Virus record (IMG/VR): IMGVR_UViG_3300029305_005724 | Span: 64,001 to 128,000 of that record | Source: a virus | Taxonomy: Duplodnaviria > Caudoviricetes | Strand: one strand, 5' to 3' | DNA length: 64,000 nucleotides | Shown here: in pieces, positions 1 to 9,768 of the stretch | Numbering within the stretch: position 1 is the first letter of the stretch | Layout: every line of letters starts with the position of its first letter | Notes under the pieces: model-generated | The model's input: only the letters and a program-made list of their open reading frames with translations | Told to the model about the DNA's origin: nothing | Database searches by the model: none | Program-made: the position numbers and the translations under genes

Positions 1-846
1 TTACTTCTTGGTATCAGGAGCAAGCTTGTTCTGAGCAAGACCAGTATTGGTATCATCAACACCAGCATACTTGTAAGTCCAGCTATTACGCTGTACCTGC
101 TTAGCATTGCTGGAGCTGTTCATCCAGTCAAGGATCTTCTTAGCACGAGCATTTACTGCTGCACCACGAATCGGGAAGCCAGAGAACTCACAAGTGAGCT
201 CCTGGAAGTTAACTTCGCCCTTAGAACCATTGTAGATCTGAAGCTCAGCAGTCGTAGGCATTGCACCAACGATGTAAGCTGCATTCTCTACGAGCAAACC
301 GGTATTATCGGTATGCATGTAAAGGAAGCTGAAGCACTCCTTATTTACGCCGGCATCCTGAGGATTAATCTGATCATTATTGAAACCAATAAGACCATTA
401 TAAGTCTTGAAGCCAGAGCTGGGGTCTCTTACAGATCTGAGGTAAAGCTCATGCATCTTAGTAAGAATAGAACCAGCCTTCTCGTAATATCTCATCGAGA
501 ACGTAGAACCACCCTGAGCCGTAGTCTTAGTAATGAGGTTAAGGCTCTGGAGACCATTAGTGATATCCTGAGTTTCACCAGTCATGTTCTCAAGACCAGA
601 ATCAAGTCCACGGAACTCGTACTCGAGAATGTGAATATAGGTATTAAGCAATCCAGCAATCTCTTCGTCACGGTCAGCCATTTTCTTAAGGAAATCAGGA
701 ACCGAAACTACTACGAGATAGGGATAACCACTCTCATACAGGTCAAACTGCTTGAGCTGAGAAAAGTCCGTAGTACCACGGAACAGCGTATAAGCAGTAA
801 GATCTCTAGGAGTTTTGAGATCGGTAAACATATTATAAGCGCCCAT
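1..846 (-). CDS. Tail tube protein
   Basis: 281 aa, directly downstream of the sheath gene; GAAAGGAG RBS; size and position typical of a myophage tube. Confidence 0.7.
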   Translation of the reverse strand: MGAYNMFTDLKTPRDLTAYTLFRGTTDFSQLKQFDLYESGYPYLVVVSVPDFLKKMADRDEEIAGLLNTYIHILEYEFRGLDSGLENMTGETQDITNGLQSLNLITKTTAQGGSTFSMRYYEKAGSILTKMHELYLRSVRDPSSGFKTYNGLIGFNNDQINPQDAGVNKECFSFLYMHTDNTGLLVENAAYIVGAMPTTAELQIYNGSKGEVNFQELTCEFSGFPIRGAAVNARAKKILDWMNSSSNAKQVQRNSWTYKYAGVDDTNTGLAQNKLAPDTKK

Positions 847-870
847 AAATCAAATTCTCCTTTCTATAAA

Positions 871-2742
871 TTACTGCTCGGTTTGAATTGCAGTAACCTT
901 GAACCACTCTGTCTGAACAAAGTTCTTGTATGCAACATTAAGGATAGCATAGAAGATCTTGTTAGCAGCGTAAGTAGCATTGCTGATATACTCAAGCTCA
1001 AGGGTAGCGAAGTTGCTTCTATAAGCATCGAGAATTTCATCAACATCTGCCTTATAATTCTCAAGATCATCGCCAGTGATGAAGGAATAACGAATAGCAG
1101 GGCACTTGGTACGGATAGCCTTAACGACTTCCTGAATACCCATTACGTTATTGATATAAGACCACTGAGTATACTTCTCCTGAGAGGTATAAAGGGTTTC
1201 GATAACAAGCTGGTTATCAATGTACGAAGCATAGTTAACACGCATGTCATCAAGGATCTCCTTCTGATTCTCCTCAGGGCAAATCGTAGGAGCAAAGGAA
1301 AGAGTTCCATATACAGCATCACCAATAACCATGCCGAACTTCATACCTGCAGAAGGAAGAATCGAACCATTGTTAAGGTGAGCAACAAGTAGTTTAGCCA
1401 AGCTATAACCAACCGTAACGGAGATCTGTCTCTTCGTATAAGGATCGATTACATCATAGGACTGGGGATAGGTTGCGCAGAACATGCTCTTAACTTCGGA
1501 CTCACACTTAGCCTCGATAAGAGAAATAGAGTTCTGGCCAAGACCCTGGTCACGGAAGTACATAAAGTCCTCACGGAATACTGCAAGGGTCTCGATAACA
1601 CGCTTAACAGCATCGGGATAGTTAGCGTCGATAATAGCGCTAATCTTATACTGCTCAACGTTAAAGATAACGGGGTCAAACTTACCGTTGAATGCAGCGG
1701 TAGCCTGCTTAACCCACTCAGTTTCGTTACCAATAGGTCTATTGCCAAACGAACCATTGTCACCGTTAAGGAGAGTAATGCCATATGCATACTGAAGATC
1801 CTCAGATCCCTCAGCAATAACAAAATTATCCATAGCGGTTCCACGATAGTCATAGCCAAAGAGAAGGTCAAGGCCATAGCCCTCACCAGCCTCAAGGCCA
1901 AGAGCATTCTCTACAGCAGCAACAAAGTTATCCATGTCCTCATCAGATGCATAGCAGGAGATCTGAGTAGCATTGGTATCGATCATTGCCTTAAGAGAAA
2001 TATTGATGTTGTACTGAATAGTACTGGGGTTGAGTGCAAACGAGAAGCTCTCAGTCTCACCGCTATCCTCAATAACTGCAAAAGTATAGTAGGTATAGCC
2101 AAGATTCTTAGAAAGCTTGTAATTAGGAACGATCTTGATTCTCTTCTTGCTAGAACCACGACCATTGTCTGCAATCATATAAATAAGGTACTCACCCTCT
2201 GCAAGATTAGCTTTAACTTTCTCATAAGCATCCTTTGCATCGGAAGCACCAACTGCAGACTCAGTGCGATAACTTACCGTGTTAACGGCAACGGACTTCT
2301 CTACCATTACAGGATAAGCGGTAACAGTGGTGACCTCAGTGGTCGTAGCTGCACCCTGCTCATCTACTTCATAGTAGAGGGGCTTTCCATCTGCATCAGT
2401 CTTCTGCTCGGTAACGGTCTTTTCCGTCGTACCCAGTTTTGCGATAATACCGATATTTGCAAGAGTTGCATCGTCAGCAACAAGTCTCTTACAAAGCAAC
2501 TCAGCACCAGCGCTAATGCTGGCAGCAGCCTGAAGCAACGGCTGACCATGGCGACTGAACGAGATAGATTTACCATACATATTAAAGAAGCTCTCACCAG
2601 AAATACGAGTCCATTTCTCAGTACCCTTATCTGATGTAAAGACCGCACAAAACAGCGGTGTATTTCTAACTTCAGTTGTTTCTACGACGACACTGGCAAT
2701 ATTACTCTGGTCCTCGTAATCAACAATAACACCAGGATACAT
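871..2742 (-). CDS. Tail sheath protein
   Basis: Starts MYPGV; C-terminal sheath-like segments (IIDANYP, RVNY, WSYINNVMG); AAGGAGG RBS. Confidence 0.85.
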   Translation of the reverse strand: MYPGVIVDYEDQSNIASVVVETTEVRNTPLFCAVFTSDKGTEKWTRISGESFFNMYGKSISFSRHGQPLLQAAASISAGAELLCKRLVADDATLANIGIIAKLGTTEKTVTEQKTDADGKPLYYEVDEQGAATTTEVTTVTAYPVMVEKSVAVNTVSYRTESAVGASDAKDAYEKVKANLAEGEYLIYMIADNGRGSSKKRIKIVPNYKLSKNLGYTYYTFAVIEDSGETESFSFALNPSTIQYNINISLKAMIDTNATQISCYASDEDMDNFVAAVENALGLEAGEGYGLDLLFGYDYRGTAMDNFVIAEGSEDLQYAYGITLLNGDNGSFGNRPIGNETEWVKQATAAFNGKFDPVIFNVEQYKISAIIDANYPDAVKRVIETLAVFREDFMYFRDQGLGQNSISLIEAKCESEVKSMFCATYPQSYDVIDPYTKRQISVTVGYSLAKLLVAHLNNGSILPSAGMKFGMVIGDAVYGTLSFAPTICPEENQKEILDDMRVNYASYIDNQLVIETLYTSQEKYTQWSYINNVMGIQEVVKAIRTKCPAIRYSFITGDDLENYKADVDEILDAYRSNFATLELEYISNATYAANKIFYAILNVAYKNFVQTEWFKVTAIQTEQ

Positions 2743-2814
2743 AACGTTTCCTCCTTTTTATAGTATAATTTGTAAATAGCTCGAATGCTTTTACGAATGG
2801 GCATTAGTAGCTTT

Positions 2815-2826
2815 TAATTCTATGTT
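2815..2826 (-). promoter_or_regulatory. Late-type promoter AACA-N6-TA (sheath/tube operon)
   Basis: AACATAGAATTA on the minus strand. Confidence 0.7.
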
Positions 2827-2838
2827 CTTTAAGACCAC

Positions 2839-3579
2839 TCAGTCATGGTTTCCCATCAACAACTTTTCCATAGGAGAATTTGTATCTGTAGGATTCATAA
2901 TTGCACCAATTACGCCCAGATCCCAGTTCTCACTACCAATAGAAGAGCTCGGAGAAATATACTTAGGTAGGTCTTTAATACTAATAGCACGATAAGACAT
3001 TTGATCTTTAAAATTAGTGTGTCTAAATGCTTTAGAAGGATCCTTGGCATCTCTACACATTTCGCTAATAACAACTCCAAACATTTGAAGCGTCATATCA
3101 TAAGAAGATCCATTTAATTCCATAGCATCTACAAAATAATTTTGCAGTTTATCATAAGGAATTGTAGTAGGAAGTTTGCCAGTTAAAAATATTCTATAGA
3201 AATCTTCAACATTAGCAATATTTTGAGGAACTTTAACTGATACTACTACAGCATCGCCCTTTTCAAAAATAAGCAATCTATAGTCCATCGGTTCTGTGGC
3301 CTCTTTTAATTTCAAATTTTTAGCCTTCTCTGTTCTAGAAGGCTTGCACAAGAAGACTGTAGGAAAGTTGAATCGTTTTAATCCTATATTTGTGCCATTT
3401 GGATTATAAATAGTATAATCAAGAATGCCAAGAAGATTAATATATTCTCCTTTAATTTGAGCATCACCTCTATCAAAATACAATTCTGGTACATAAAATA
3501 CGAACTGACCATCTTGATTGAATAGCAATGAGTCTCCATCACGTTTTAAAAATTTAGGCACATTATATGCCATATTCAC
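2839..3579 (-). CDS. RNA polymerase beta-prime C-terminal-like subunit (probably virion RNAP)
   Basis: FGVVISEMCRD and SPSSSIGSEN align by eye with HIEVIVSNQLRD and PSITVSMSYQ of the 14215 subunit and with the RpoC C-terminus; lies in a structural operon. Confidence 0.5.
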   Translation of the reverse strand: MNMAYNVPKFLKRDGDSLLFNQDGQFVFYVPELYFDRGDAQIKGEYINLLGILDYTIYNPNGTNIGLKRFNFPTVFLCKPSRTEKAKNLKLKEATEPMDYRLLIFEKGDAVVVSVKVPQNIANVEDFYRIFLTGKLPTTIPYDKLQNYFVDAMELNGSSYDMTLQMFGVVISEMCRDAKDPSKAFRHTNFKDQMSYRAISIKDLPKYISPSSSIGSENWDLGVIGAIMNPTDTNSPMEKLLMGNHD

Positions 3580-3600
3580 ACCTCCTTATTTGATTCAGAA

Positions 3601-4092
3601 TTAGTTATTGATATAAACCGTTCCTGTAATAGGATAAGAAGAAGTGATAGATACTGTAACAGATCCATTAGCGCATGTTGCAGTAGATGCAGTACAAAGA
3701 TCTGCCATAGTAAGATCAGGAATAAATATGGCTTTATCTGATGCAAGAATTCTAGCATCATCGATAGTAATAGATCCACCAGCTTCAATATAAACGTTTA
3801 CGAAAGTAAATCTAGGACGACTACCAAATTGATGCCATGCATTATCTAGATAGATATACATACATCCGCTTTCAAGAATACAATAAATCTTTCCGGGGAT
3901 AGGAGTAAGTAGAGCTGTTCGTGCAGATTCAGTAGCAAGAATAATTGTATCATAACTAATCTGTTTACGTGTTTGCTCATTTACGCTATCTACATAAAAG
4001 TTACCTGTATCCATGCAAAAGTAGATTGCCTCAGCTTCAAATGCTTTACTGGCCAATGAAGCTTCCATAGGCACATCATAAAACTTAAACAT
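3601..4092 (-). CDS. Fibre-associated structural protein
   Basis: ATG at 4092 after AAAGGTGG; IYFCMDTGNFYVD and PGKIYCI resemble the N-termini of the neighbouring fibre proteins. Confidence 0.5.
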   Translation of the reverse strand: MFKFYDVPMEASLASKAFEAEAIYFCMDTGNFYVDSVNEQTRKQISYDTIILATESARTALLTPIPGKIYCILESGCMYIYLDNAWHQFGSRPRFTFVNVYIEAGGSITIDDARILASDKAIFIPDLTMADLCTASTATCANGSVTVSITSSYPITGTVYINN

Positions 4093-4198
4093 AAATGGTA
4101 CCACCTTTCTTAAAATTATTTAATATAATGTGAATAAAAATAAAAACTAAGAAGAGGCCACGAAGGACCTCTTCTCGTTTATTTTTAAGAAACTTCTA

Positions 4199-5839
4199 TT
4201 AGAACGAAGTCTTCCAAGTAAGAGCTGCAACAGTAGCCTTCTCGGAAACAACCTTCTCATCAGAAGCAGCTGCAACAGTAGTAGCCATAGCACCATTTGC
4301 AACAACATTGGTCTTAGCAACAGCATAAGCCTCAGTATATGCAACAACACCAGCCTCGGTTGCAACGGTATTAGCATTGGGAGCAGCGCCAAAAGTAGCA
4401 CCACCGATAGCCTTACCAGAGAGAGAAGCTCCGCCATCAGCAGCAGCAATAAGAATCTGGCCAGCATTGCCAGTAGCAACCTTAGCCATCTTGCCATCAA
4501 TAGAAGTCTGGAGAGCAGATCTAATCTGTTCAACCTCGTTATCGGTTGCATAATCACTAAGAGACTCATTAATAGCAGCGATATCCTCAGCATTCTTATC
4601 AGCCTTGTCCTCTACAGCCCCAACACTTTCAACAACACCATCGATACGCTGGCCAAGAGCCGTATCAGCATTCTCAAGCGTAGTCTTAGCAGCTGCAAGA
4701 GCACCAGCAGCCGTAGCTTCAGCAGCACTCTGAGCAGCAGAAGCCTTCTCTTCAGCATACTTCTTAGCACCATAAATGGTATCTGCAGAAGAAGCATTTC
4801 CGGAAACACCAATTACTGCTGCCTTAGCAGTATCGGTATAGCCCTTAGCCTCAGTAAGCTTATTACCAGCATCGGTCTTGGTCTCATAGGTATTAGCATC
4901 AGTTGCAGCCTGAGCAGCAATCTTAGCTGCAACAGAACCAGCAGTCTCTGCATCGCCATTAAGAGTTGCAAGCGCCTTAGTATTAGCATCTACCTCACCA
5001 ACAAGCTCAGTAAACTCAGAACCATGCTCTGCAGCATAATCGATAAGCTCCTTGTAGGTATTAACAGTTCCATCATCGCTAAGCTTAGTAGCAAAGTCAT
5101 TAAGAGCATCTGCTACCTTCTTATCAACAGAACCTTCAGTAGAAGAATTACCATTAAGGACTGCAATAGCATTGGTGTTAGCACTTACTGCAGCATCATT
5201 GGCAGTCTTATAATCGCCAAGCTCTTCAGAAACAGCCTGAACCTCAGTCTTAAGAGCATGATTGGGAGCATCAGCTTCAAGAGCACCTACACGATTCTGA
5301 AGATCGGAATCATCATAAGTAGCAGCTTCCTGAGCATCTGCAATCATCTGAACAACAGTCTTGCCATCGGTTACGGTACCGATAGAATCGGTAATAGCCT
5401 TATCTGCAGCTTCGCGTGCCGACTTCTCACCAGCAACAGCATTCTCAGCCGCAGTCTTATTAGCAGCAACAGTCTGCTCAAGAGCAGTTACATTAGCCTG
5501 AGCCTTTGCAACTTCAGTAGCAACATAGTCAGCAACGGCCTTACCGGAAACAGGATCAGCACCATCGGCAGTTACTGTAGCTGCAACACCTCTGATAACC
5601 TGAGTCCATCCGGAGGTTCCATAAACATGACCAGCAAGAGTAGACTTGATCACGTAGAGTTTACCATAGGCACCAGTATCGGGCAGGCTATCAACAAGAA
5701 TAACTGCCTCGGTAAACGGAACAGTACCACGATAAATCTCCTTAGTATCACTGATAAATACAAGCATGTCATCCGTTACTTTGCCAGCAGAAACTGCAGC
5801 ATCAAAAACGGATCTTGTGACAAAATACCAGTTAAGCAT
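4199..5839 (-). CDS. Tail/head fibre protein, Ala-rich coiled coil
   Basis: ATG at 5839 after AGGAGG; AKGYTD/AKKYAE motifs; shares domains with the 6000 and 7620 proteins. Confidence 0.65.
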   Translation of the reverse strand: MLNWYFVTRSVFDAAVSAGKVTDDMLVFISDTKEIYRGTVPFTEAVILVDSLPDTGAYGKLYVIKSTLAGHVYGTSGWTQVIRGVAATVTADGADPVSGKAVADYVATEVAKAQANVTALEQTVAANKTAAENAVAGEKSAREAADKAITDSIGTVTDGKTVVQMIADAQEAATYDDSDLQNRVGALEADAPNHALKTEVQAVSEELGDYKTANDAAVSANTNAIAVLNGNSSTEGSVDKKVADALNDFATKLSDDGTVNTYKELIDYAAEHGSEFTELVGEVDANTKALATLNGDAETAGSVAAKIAAQAATDANTYETKTDAGNKLTEAKGYTDTAKAAVIGVSGNASSADTIYGAKKYAEEKASAAQSAAEATAAGALAAAKTTLENADTALGQRIDGVVESVGAVEDKADKNAEDIAAINESLSDYATDNEVEQIRSALQTSIDGKMAKVATGNAGQILIAAADGGASLSGKAIGGATFGAAPNANTVATEAGVVAYTEAYAVAKTNVVANGAMATTVAAASDEKVVSEKATVAALTWKTSF

Positions 5840-5904
5840 AAGAAAAATTCCTCCTATAAAAATATTTTTATTTAAATTTTGCTTATACAAGATAAGTCAA
5901 ATTT

Positions 5905-5916
5905 TACTACTATGTT
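5905..5916 (-). promoter_or_regulatory. Late-type promoter
   Basis: AACATAGTAGTA. Confidence 0.65.
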
Positions 5917-5950
5917 GACTTACCTTAATGAATTTGGGCTTTTGGACTTT

Positions 5951-5986
5951 AAAAAAGGCTAGAGAACCAAAGTAGCTCTCTAGCCT
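5951..5986 (-). terminator. Intrinsic terminator
   Basis: AGGCTAGAGA/TCTCTAGCCT stem plus U-tract on the minus strand. Confidence 0.75.
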
Positions 5987-5999
5987 AAATTAGTTTAAA

Positions 6000-7601
6000 T
6001 TACATCGTGGTCTTCCAAGTAAAGAGTTCCATAATGGTCTTCTCGGAAACAACCTTCTCACCAGAAGCTTCATCAACAGTAGCTGCAAGTCCGGACTGAT
6101 CAGCAACTACATTTGCCTTAGCAACTGCATTGTCATCAGTATATTCCTTTGCAGCTGCTTCAGCAGCCTGCTGAGTTGCCGTAAGCTGAGTATCAAGGCC
6201 AGTAACCTTGGTATAATCAACAGCCGAAACGGATGCTACACCCTCGTCGTTAGTAATGATAGAAGCACCATCGGGCTTAATACCACCAAGCTGGTTAACC
6301 TTAGCAGCCGGAAGCTCATATACTTTAACTTTGTCATTATCTACAGCCACATATCCATTGTCACTAGAAACAACAGACTGAACTGCAGTATCGGCAAGAG
6401 CACCCTGAGCAGCGGTAGCAAACTCTTCAACATTTTTCGATGCAGCCGTACCGAGACCCTCAATTGCTTCTTCAGTAGCATCAAGACGATCAGAAAGATC
6501 CTTTTCAGCAGCAAGAGCACGAGTTTCTTCGGCAGCAACAGCTTCTGCAATATAAGCAATAACAGTAGTAGCAGTTACACCCTCGGGAAGAGCATCGCCA
6601 AGAAGAGTACGAAGAGCACTAATATCAGTCTTGTTCTGCTGGATCTGATTATCCATAGCAATGACATCATCAGAATGCTCATTAGCCCATTCGACAAGCT
6701 CAGTAAGAGAGTCAATAGTCTCTGCTGTACCATCACCTACAAGAGCAGTAAGAATCTTATTTACAGTATGGGTCACAGATCCCTCGGTTTCAGCATTGCC
6801 ATTAAGAACTGCAATATCAGCAGTATTCTTAGCAATCTTTCCATCAAGAGCGGTATCTGCAGCCTTACGCTCAGCAACCTCAGTATCAAGATTTGCTTTA
6901 GCTTCAGCCTTATTATCGGTAACAGCCTTAGCAAGATTATCAACACTGGTCTGAACGCCAGAAACGATCGAAGTAAGTCCTTCAACAGTCGTAGAGGAAG
7001 GCTCATACCAAGCAAGTTCGTAACCATCGCCAGAAGCAGAAGCTACGACCTTAGGCTCAAGACCAGTCTTCCAACCAGTTGTAAGAACATGCTTAGCCTC
7101 AGTATTAGGAGTGAAGCTAGCATCAACAGCAGTCCAAGTAGAACCGCTAAACATATAGTACGTCTCACCAACGAGAGCATACTCTCCAGCATTAACGCCG
7201 GATGTAGGAAGCTCGTCTGCCGTAGCAAACTCACCTTCGATAACTACATCTACGGGGATATATGCATAATACTCTTTACCAAAAGCCTTAAGGCTAAGAA
7301 CGCCATTATCGCCAAGGGTAATAGTCTTATTATCTCCAAGAGTAGCGGAACCAACTTCCTTAAGAGTATTGTCAGTCTGAATGAGGTAGGTAGTGACAAC
7401 ATCATTCTCTACAACATAAAGCTGCTGACCATAGAAATATACAGATTCGGTAGAACCTGCAGGCTTAGCACTCTGAGCAGCAACATGTGCAGCATCATAA
7501 GAACCGAAGTAAACTCTCGCATCAAGCGGGAATGCAGCATCGGGGCTAAGAGCAACAGCATAGCTCAGAATATTAGCAATTTGTTCATAACTGTATGCCA
7601 T
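6000..7601 (-). CDS. Tail/head fibre protein
   Basis: 533 aa; AFPLDAR N-terminus, coiled coil, QLGGIKP motif; C-terminus paralogous to 4199. Confidence 0.65.
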   Translation of the reverse strand: MAYSYEQIANILSYAVALSPDAAFPLDARVYFGSYDAAHVAAQSAKPAGSTESVYFYGQQLYVVENDVVTTYLIQTDNTLKEVGSATLGDNKTITLGDNGVLSLKAFGKEYYAYIPVDVVIEGEFATADELPTSGVNAGEYALVGETYYMFSGSTWTAVDASFTPNTEAKHVLTTGWKTGLEPKVVASASGDGYELAWYEPSSTTVEGLTSIVSGVQTSVDNLAKAVTDNKAEAKANLDTEVAERKAADTALDGKIAKNTADIAVLNGNAETEGSVTHTVNKILTALVGDGTAETIDSLTELVEWANEHSDDVIAMDNQIQQNKTDISALRTLLGDALPEGVTATTVIAYIAEAVAAEETRALAAEKDLSDRLDATEEAIEGLGTAASKNVEEFATAAQGALADTAVQSVVSSDNGYVAVDNDKVKVYELPAAKVNQLGGIKPDGASIITNDEGVASVSAVDYTKVTGLDTQLTATQQAAEAAAKEYTDDNAVAKANVVADQSGLAATVDEASGEKVVSEKTIMELFTWKTTM

Positions 7602-7619
7602 TATATTCTACCTCCTTCC

Positions 7620-9593
7620 TTAAATAGTAACCTTATAGGTATTAGCTGCAGTAACGGCTTCAGCCCAATCCTTAACAAATACCTTATAAGCTTTAGCTTC
7701 ATAACCATTTGCACCCTCAACATCAATCTGCATAAGAGTGAAAGCAGTATTAATCTGCGCATCAGACGCATTAGCATCCTTAACAGAAGAGAGCTGATTA
7801 AGAGAAGTTGCATCAGCAGGATATGCGATAACAGCTCTCATACAGCCAACGGGAATAGGCATATTAAATGCGCTTCCAGCAGCCACAGCCTTACCGGTCT
7901 TCGTCAAGCTACGAATAAGAGCAGACGTAAGATCGGTTTTGCTAGTAAATGTACCATAGAAGCAGTTACGATATGCCGTAATAGCAGCAGTAGTCTTAGA
8001 CTTAGATCCAGCAGCAATACCGGCCTTAGAACAAGCTTTCTTAAAGTTTGTTGCAGGGGTATATGCGGATGCATCATAGGAAGCTTCTGCAGTAACCTTG
8101 TAGTTAATACCATCGGTAACCTCGATAGTACCGAAGTCTGCCGTATTGCCATCAGTAAATTCAGTACCCTTAGTATCGGAGATCTTCCAAGACTTAGCAG
8201 CAATGCCAGCCGAAGTAGAAGCTTCGAACTTGCCATCTCCATCGATTCTACCGTACTGATAGGTACCAGCACTAAGTGCAGCAGTTACAGCCACAGCAAC
8301 TTCCGTACCAGCCTCATAAGCCTTGAACTCACTATCGGAGCTACTAGAGAAACTTACAGCAGGCTGAGTAACATCAGGATCAGTATCTTCCTTTGCAGTA
8401 AGCTGATTGAGTGCCGTAGCAATATCAGTACCAGCATTTGCAATAGTAGCCTGACCATTAGTCAGCGTCTGATGAACACCGATTTTGCTAGTGGTAATCC
8501 AATCTGCAGGCAGAATGATCTTGCTAGCATCATAATCGGAATCAAATGCCTTCCACTGTTCACCATCAAACTGATAAACAGTCTTCTGAACCTTCCCGGT
8601 TGTTCCGATAGGCTCAGATACGATAGCCACATCTCCCTTAACAGGAGTATGACCAGTTACGGCCTCTTCCAGAGAAGCGCCTTCATAAACGCTAGTATTA
8701 GGAATGAGGTCTTCAAACTTCTTGCCAGAATCAACAACATTACCTTCAGCATCAAGAATAGCGATATCGCCATCAACAGCATCGGCAACCTTATCCATCT
8801 TGCCAGAAATATCAATAGGAGCTACATAGAGACCATTTTCATCGCAAGTAATCAGGTTTCCAGCAGCAGTCGAAATCTTGATAGAGCCCTTAATAACGCT
8901 TCCTTCAACAGTAAGGCTAAGTGCCTTTCCATCACCCTCAGCAGTATATGTGTCAACAAGATCTCCAACAGGAATGGTTACAGAGTCGGTCTTCTCAGCA
9001 TCGAAATAGAGAACAATGTTCTTATTCTCAGCATCATATTCACCGGCAGTAACGAAACGCTCAAGATCGAGCGAAATAGGATCGCCAATGGCATTTCCAG
9101 AAGCATCAGCAAGCTGAAGTTTGCCAGTAGCAGCCTCATAGGTAAGGGTTACACCAAGACCATCAAATACGATAGTTTCAGTATCTTTATTACCCTTAGT
9201 TACGGTAAGGAGATGCTCAGCACTATCCCAAGACAGCGAGCTTACAACACCATCCGAACCAACAGCTTTAGCAATCTCTGCAGCGACAAAAGCAGCAACT
9301 GCCTTTGCAGATACAGGATTGGTACCATCTGCAGTAACATCATCTACAACGGGCTTAATTACAGTGGTCCACTTAGAACCATCGTAAATACGACCCTCAA
9401 GAGTAGTGGAGTTAATATACAGACGATTTCTTGCAATACTGGTAGTAGGCAGTTCTGTATAAAGAACTACACTCTCAGTAAACGGTTCAGCACCACGGTA
9501 AATCTCACGAGTATCGCTCAAGAAGTACATATGACCATCCTGAGGAGTACCGGCATGATACATAGCCGAGGTGACAATATGCCACATCATCAT
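7620..9593 (-). CDS. Tail/head fibre protein with beta-rich C-terminal domain
   Basis: 657 aa; N-terminus paralogous to 4199; GDIAILDAEGNVVDSGK fibre motif. Confidence 0.65.
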   Translation of the reverse strand: MMMWHIVTSAMYHAGTPQDGHMYFLSDTREIYRGAEPFTESVVLYTELPTTSIARNRLYINSTTLEGRIYDGSKWTTVIKPVVDDVTADGTNPVSAKAVAAFVAAEIAKAVGSDGVVSSLSWDSAEHLLTVTKGNKDTETIVFDGLGVTLTYEAATGKLQLADASGNAIGDPISLDLERFVTAGEYDAENKNIVLYFDAEKTDSVTIPVGDLVDTYTAEGDGKALSLTVEGSVIKGSIKISTAAGNLITCDENGLYVAPIDISGKMDKVADAVDGDIAILDAEGNVVDSGKKFEDLIPNTSVYEGASLEEAVTGHTPVKGDVAIVSEPIGTTGKVQKTVYQFDGEQWKAFDSDYDASKIILPADWITTSKIGVHQTLTNGQATIANAGTDIATALNQLTAKEDTDPDVTQPAVSFSSSSDSEFKAYEAGTEVAVAVTAALSAGTYQYGRIDGDGKFEASTSAGIAAKSWKISDTKGTEFTDGNTADFGTIEVTDGINYKVTAEASYDASAYTPATNFKKACSKAGIAAGSKSKTTAAITAYRNCFYGTFTSKTDLTSALIRSLTKTGKAVAAGSAFNMPIPVGCMRAVIAYPADATSLNQLSSVKDANASDAQINTAFTLMQIDVEGANGYEAKAYKVFVKDWAEAVTAANTYKVTI

Positions 9594-9731
9594 AAGAGTA
9601 TAAATCCTCCTTATTATAAGATTTTAAAGCTAATTACTAGGAACCCAAATCCCTAATATTAAACCTTTACTTAATTTGTTCGATCTGAAAATTCTATCAG
9701 ATCTTATATTTTAGCATTTCACTGATGCAAT

Positions 9732-9762
9732 AAAAGAGGGGCAGAATTATAAATTCTGCCCC
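9732..9762 (-). terminator. Intrinsic terminator
   Basis: GGGGCAGAATT/AATTCTGCCCC stem. Confidence 0.75.
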
Positions 9763-9768
9763 AGTATA

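Noticed and set aside
6675-9656. 993 aa plus-strand ORF and similar long antisense ORFs (313-1392, 5024-5875, 12037-13239, 22221-23558, 34110-35849, 40844-42307)
   Set aside because: Shadow frames of highly biased genes: Ser/Ile/Asn-rich, no RBS, fully overlapping well-supported genes on the other strand
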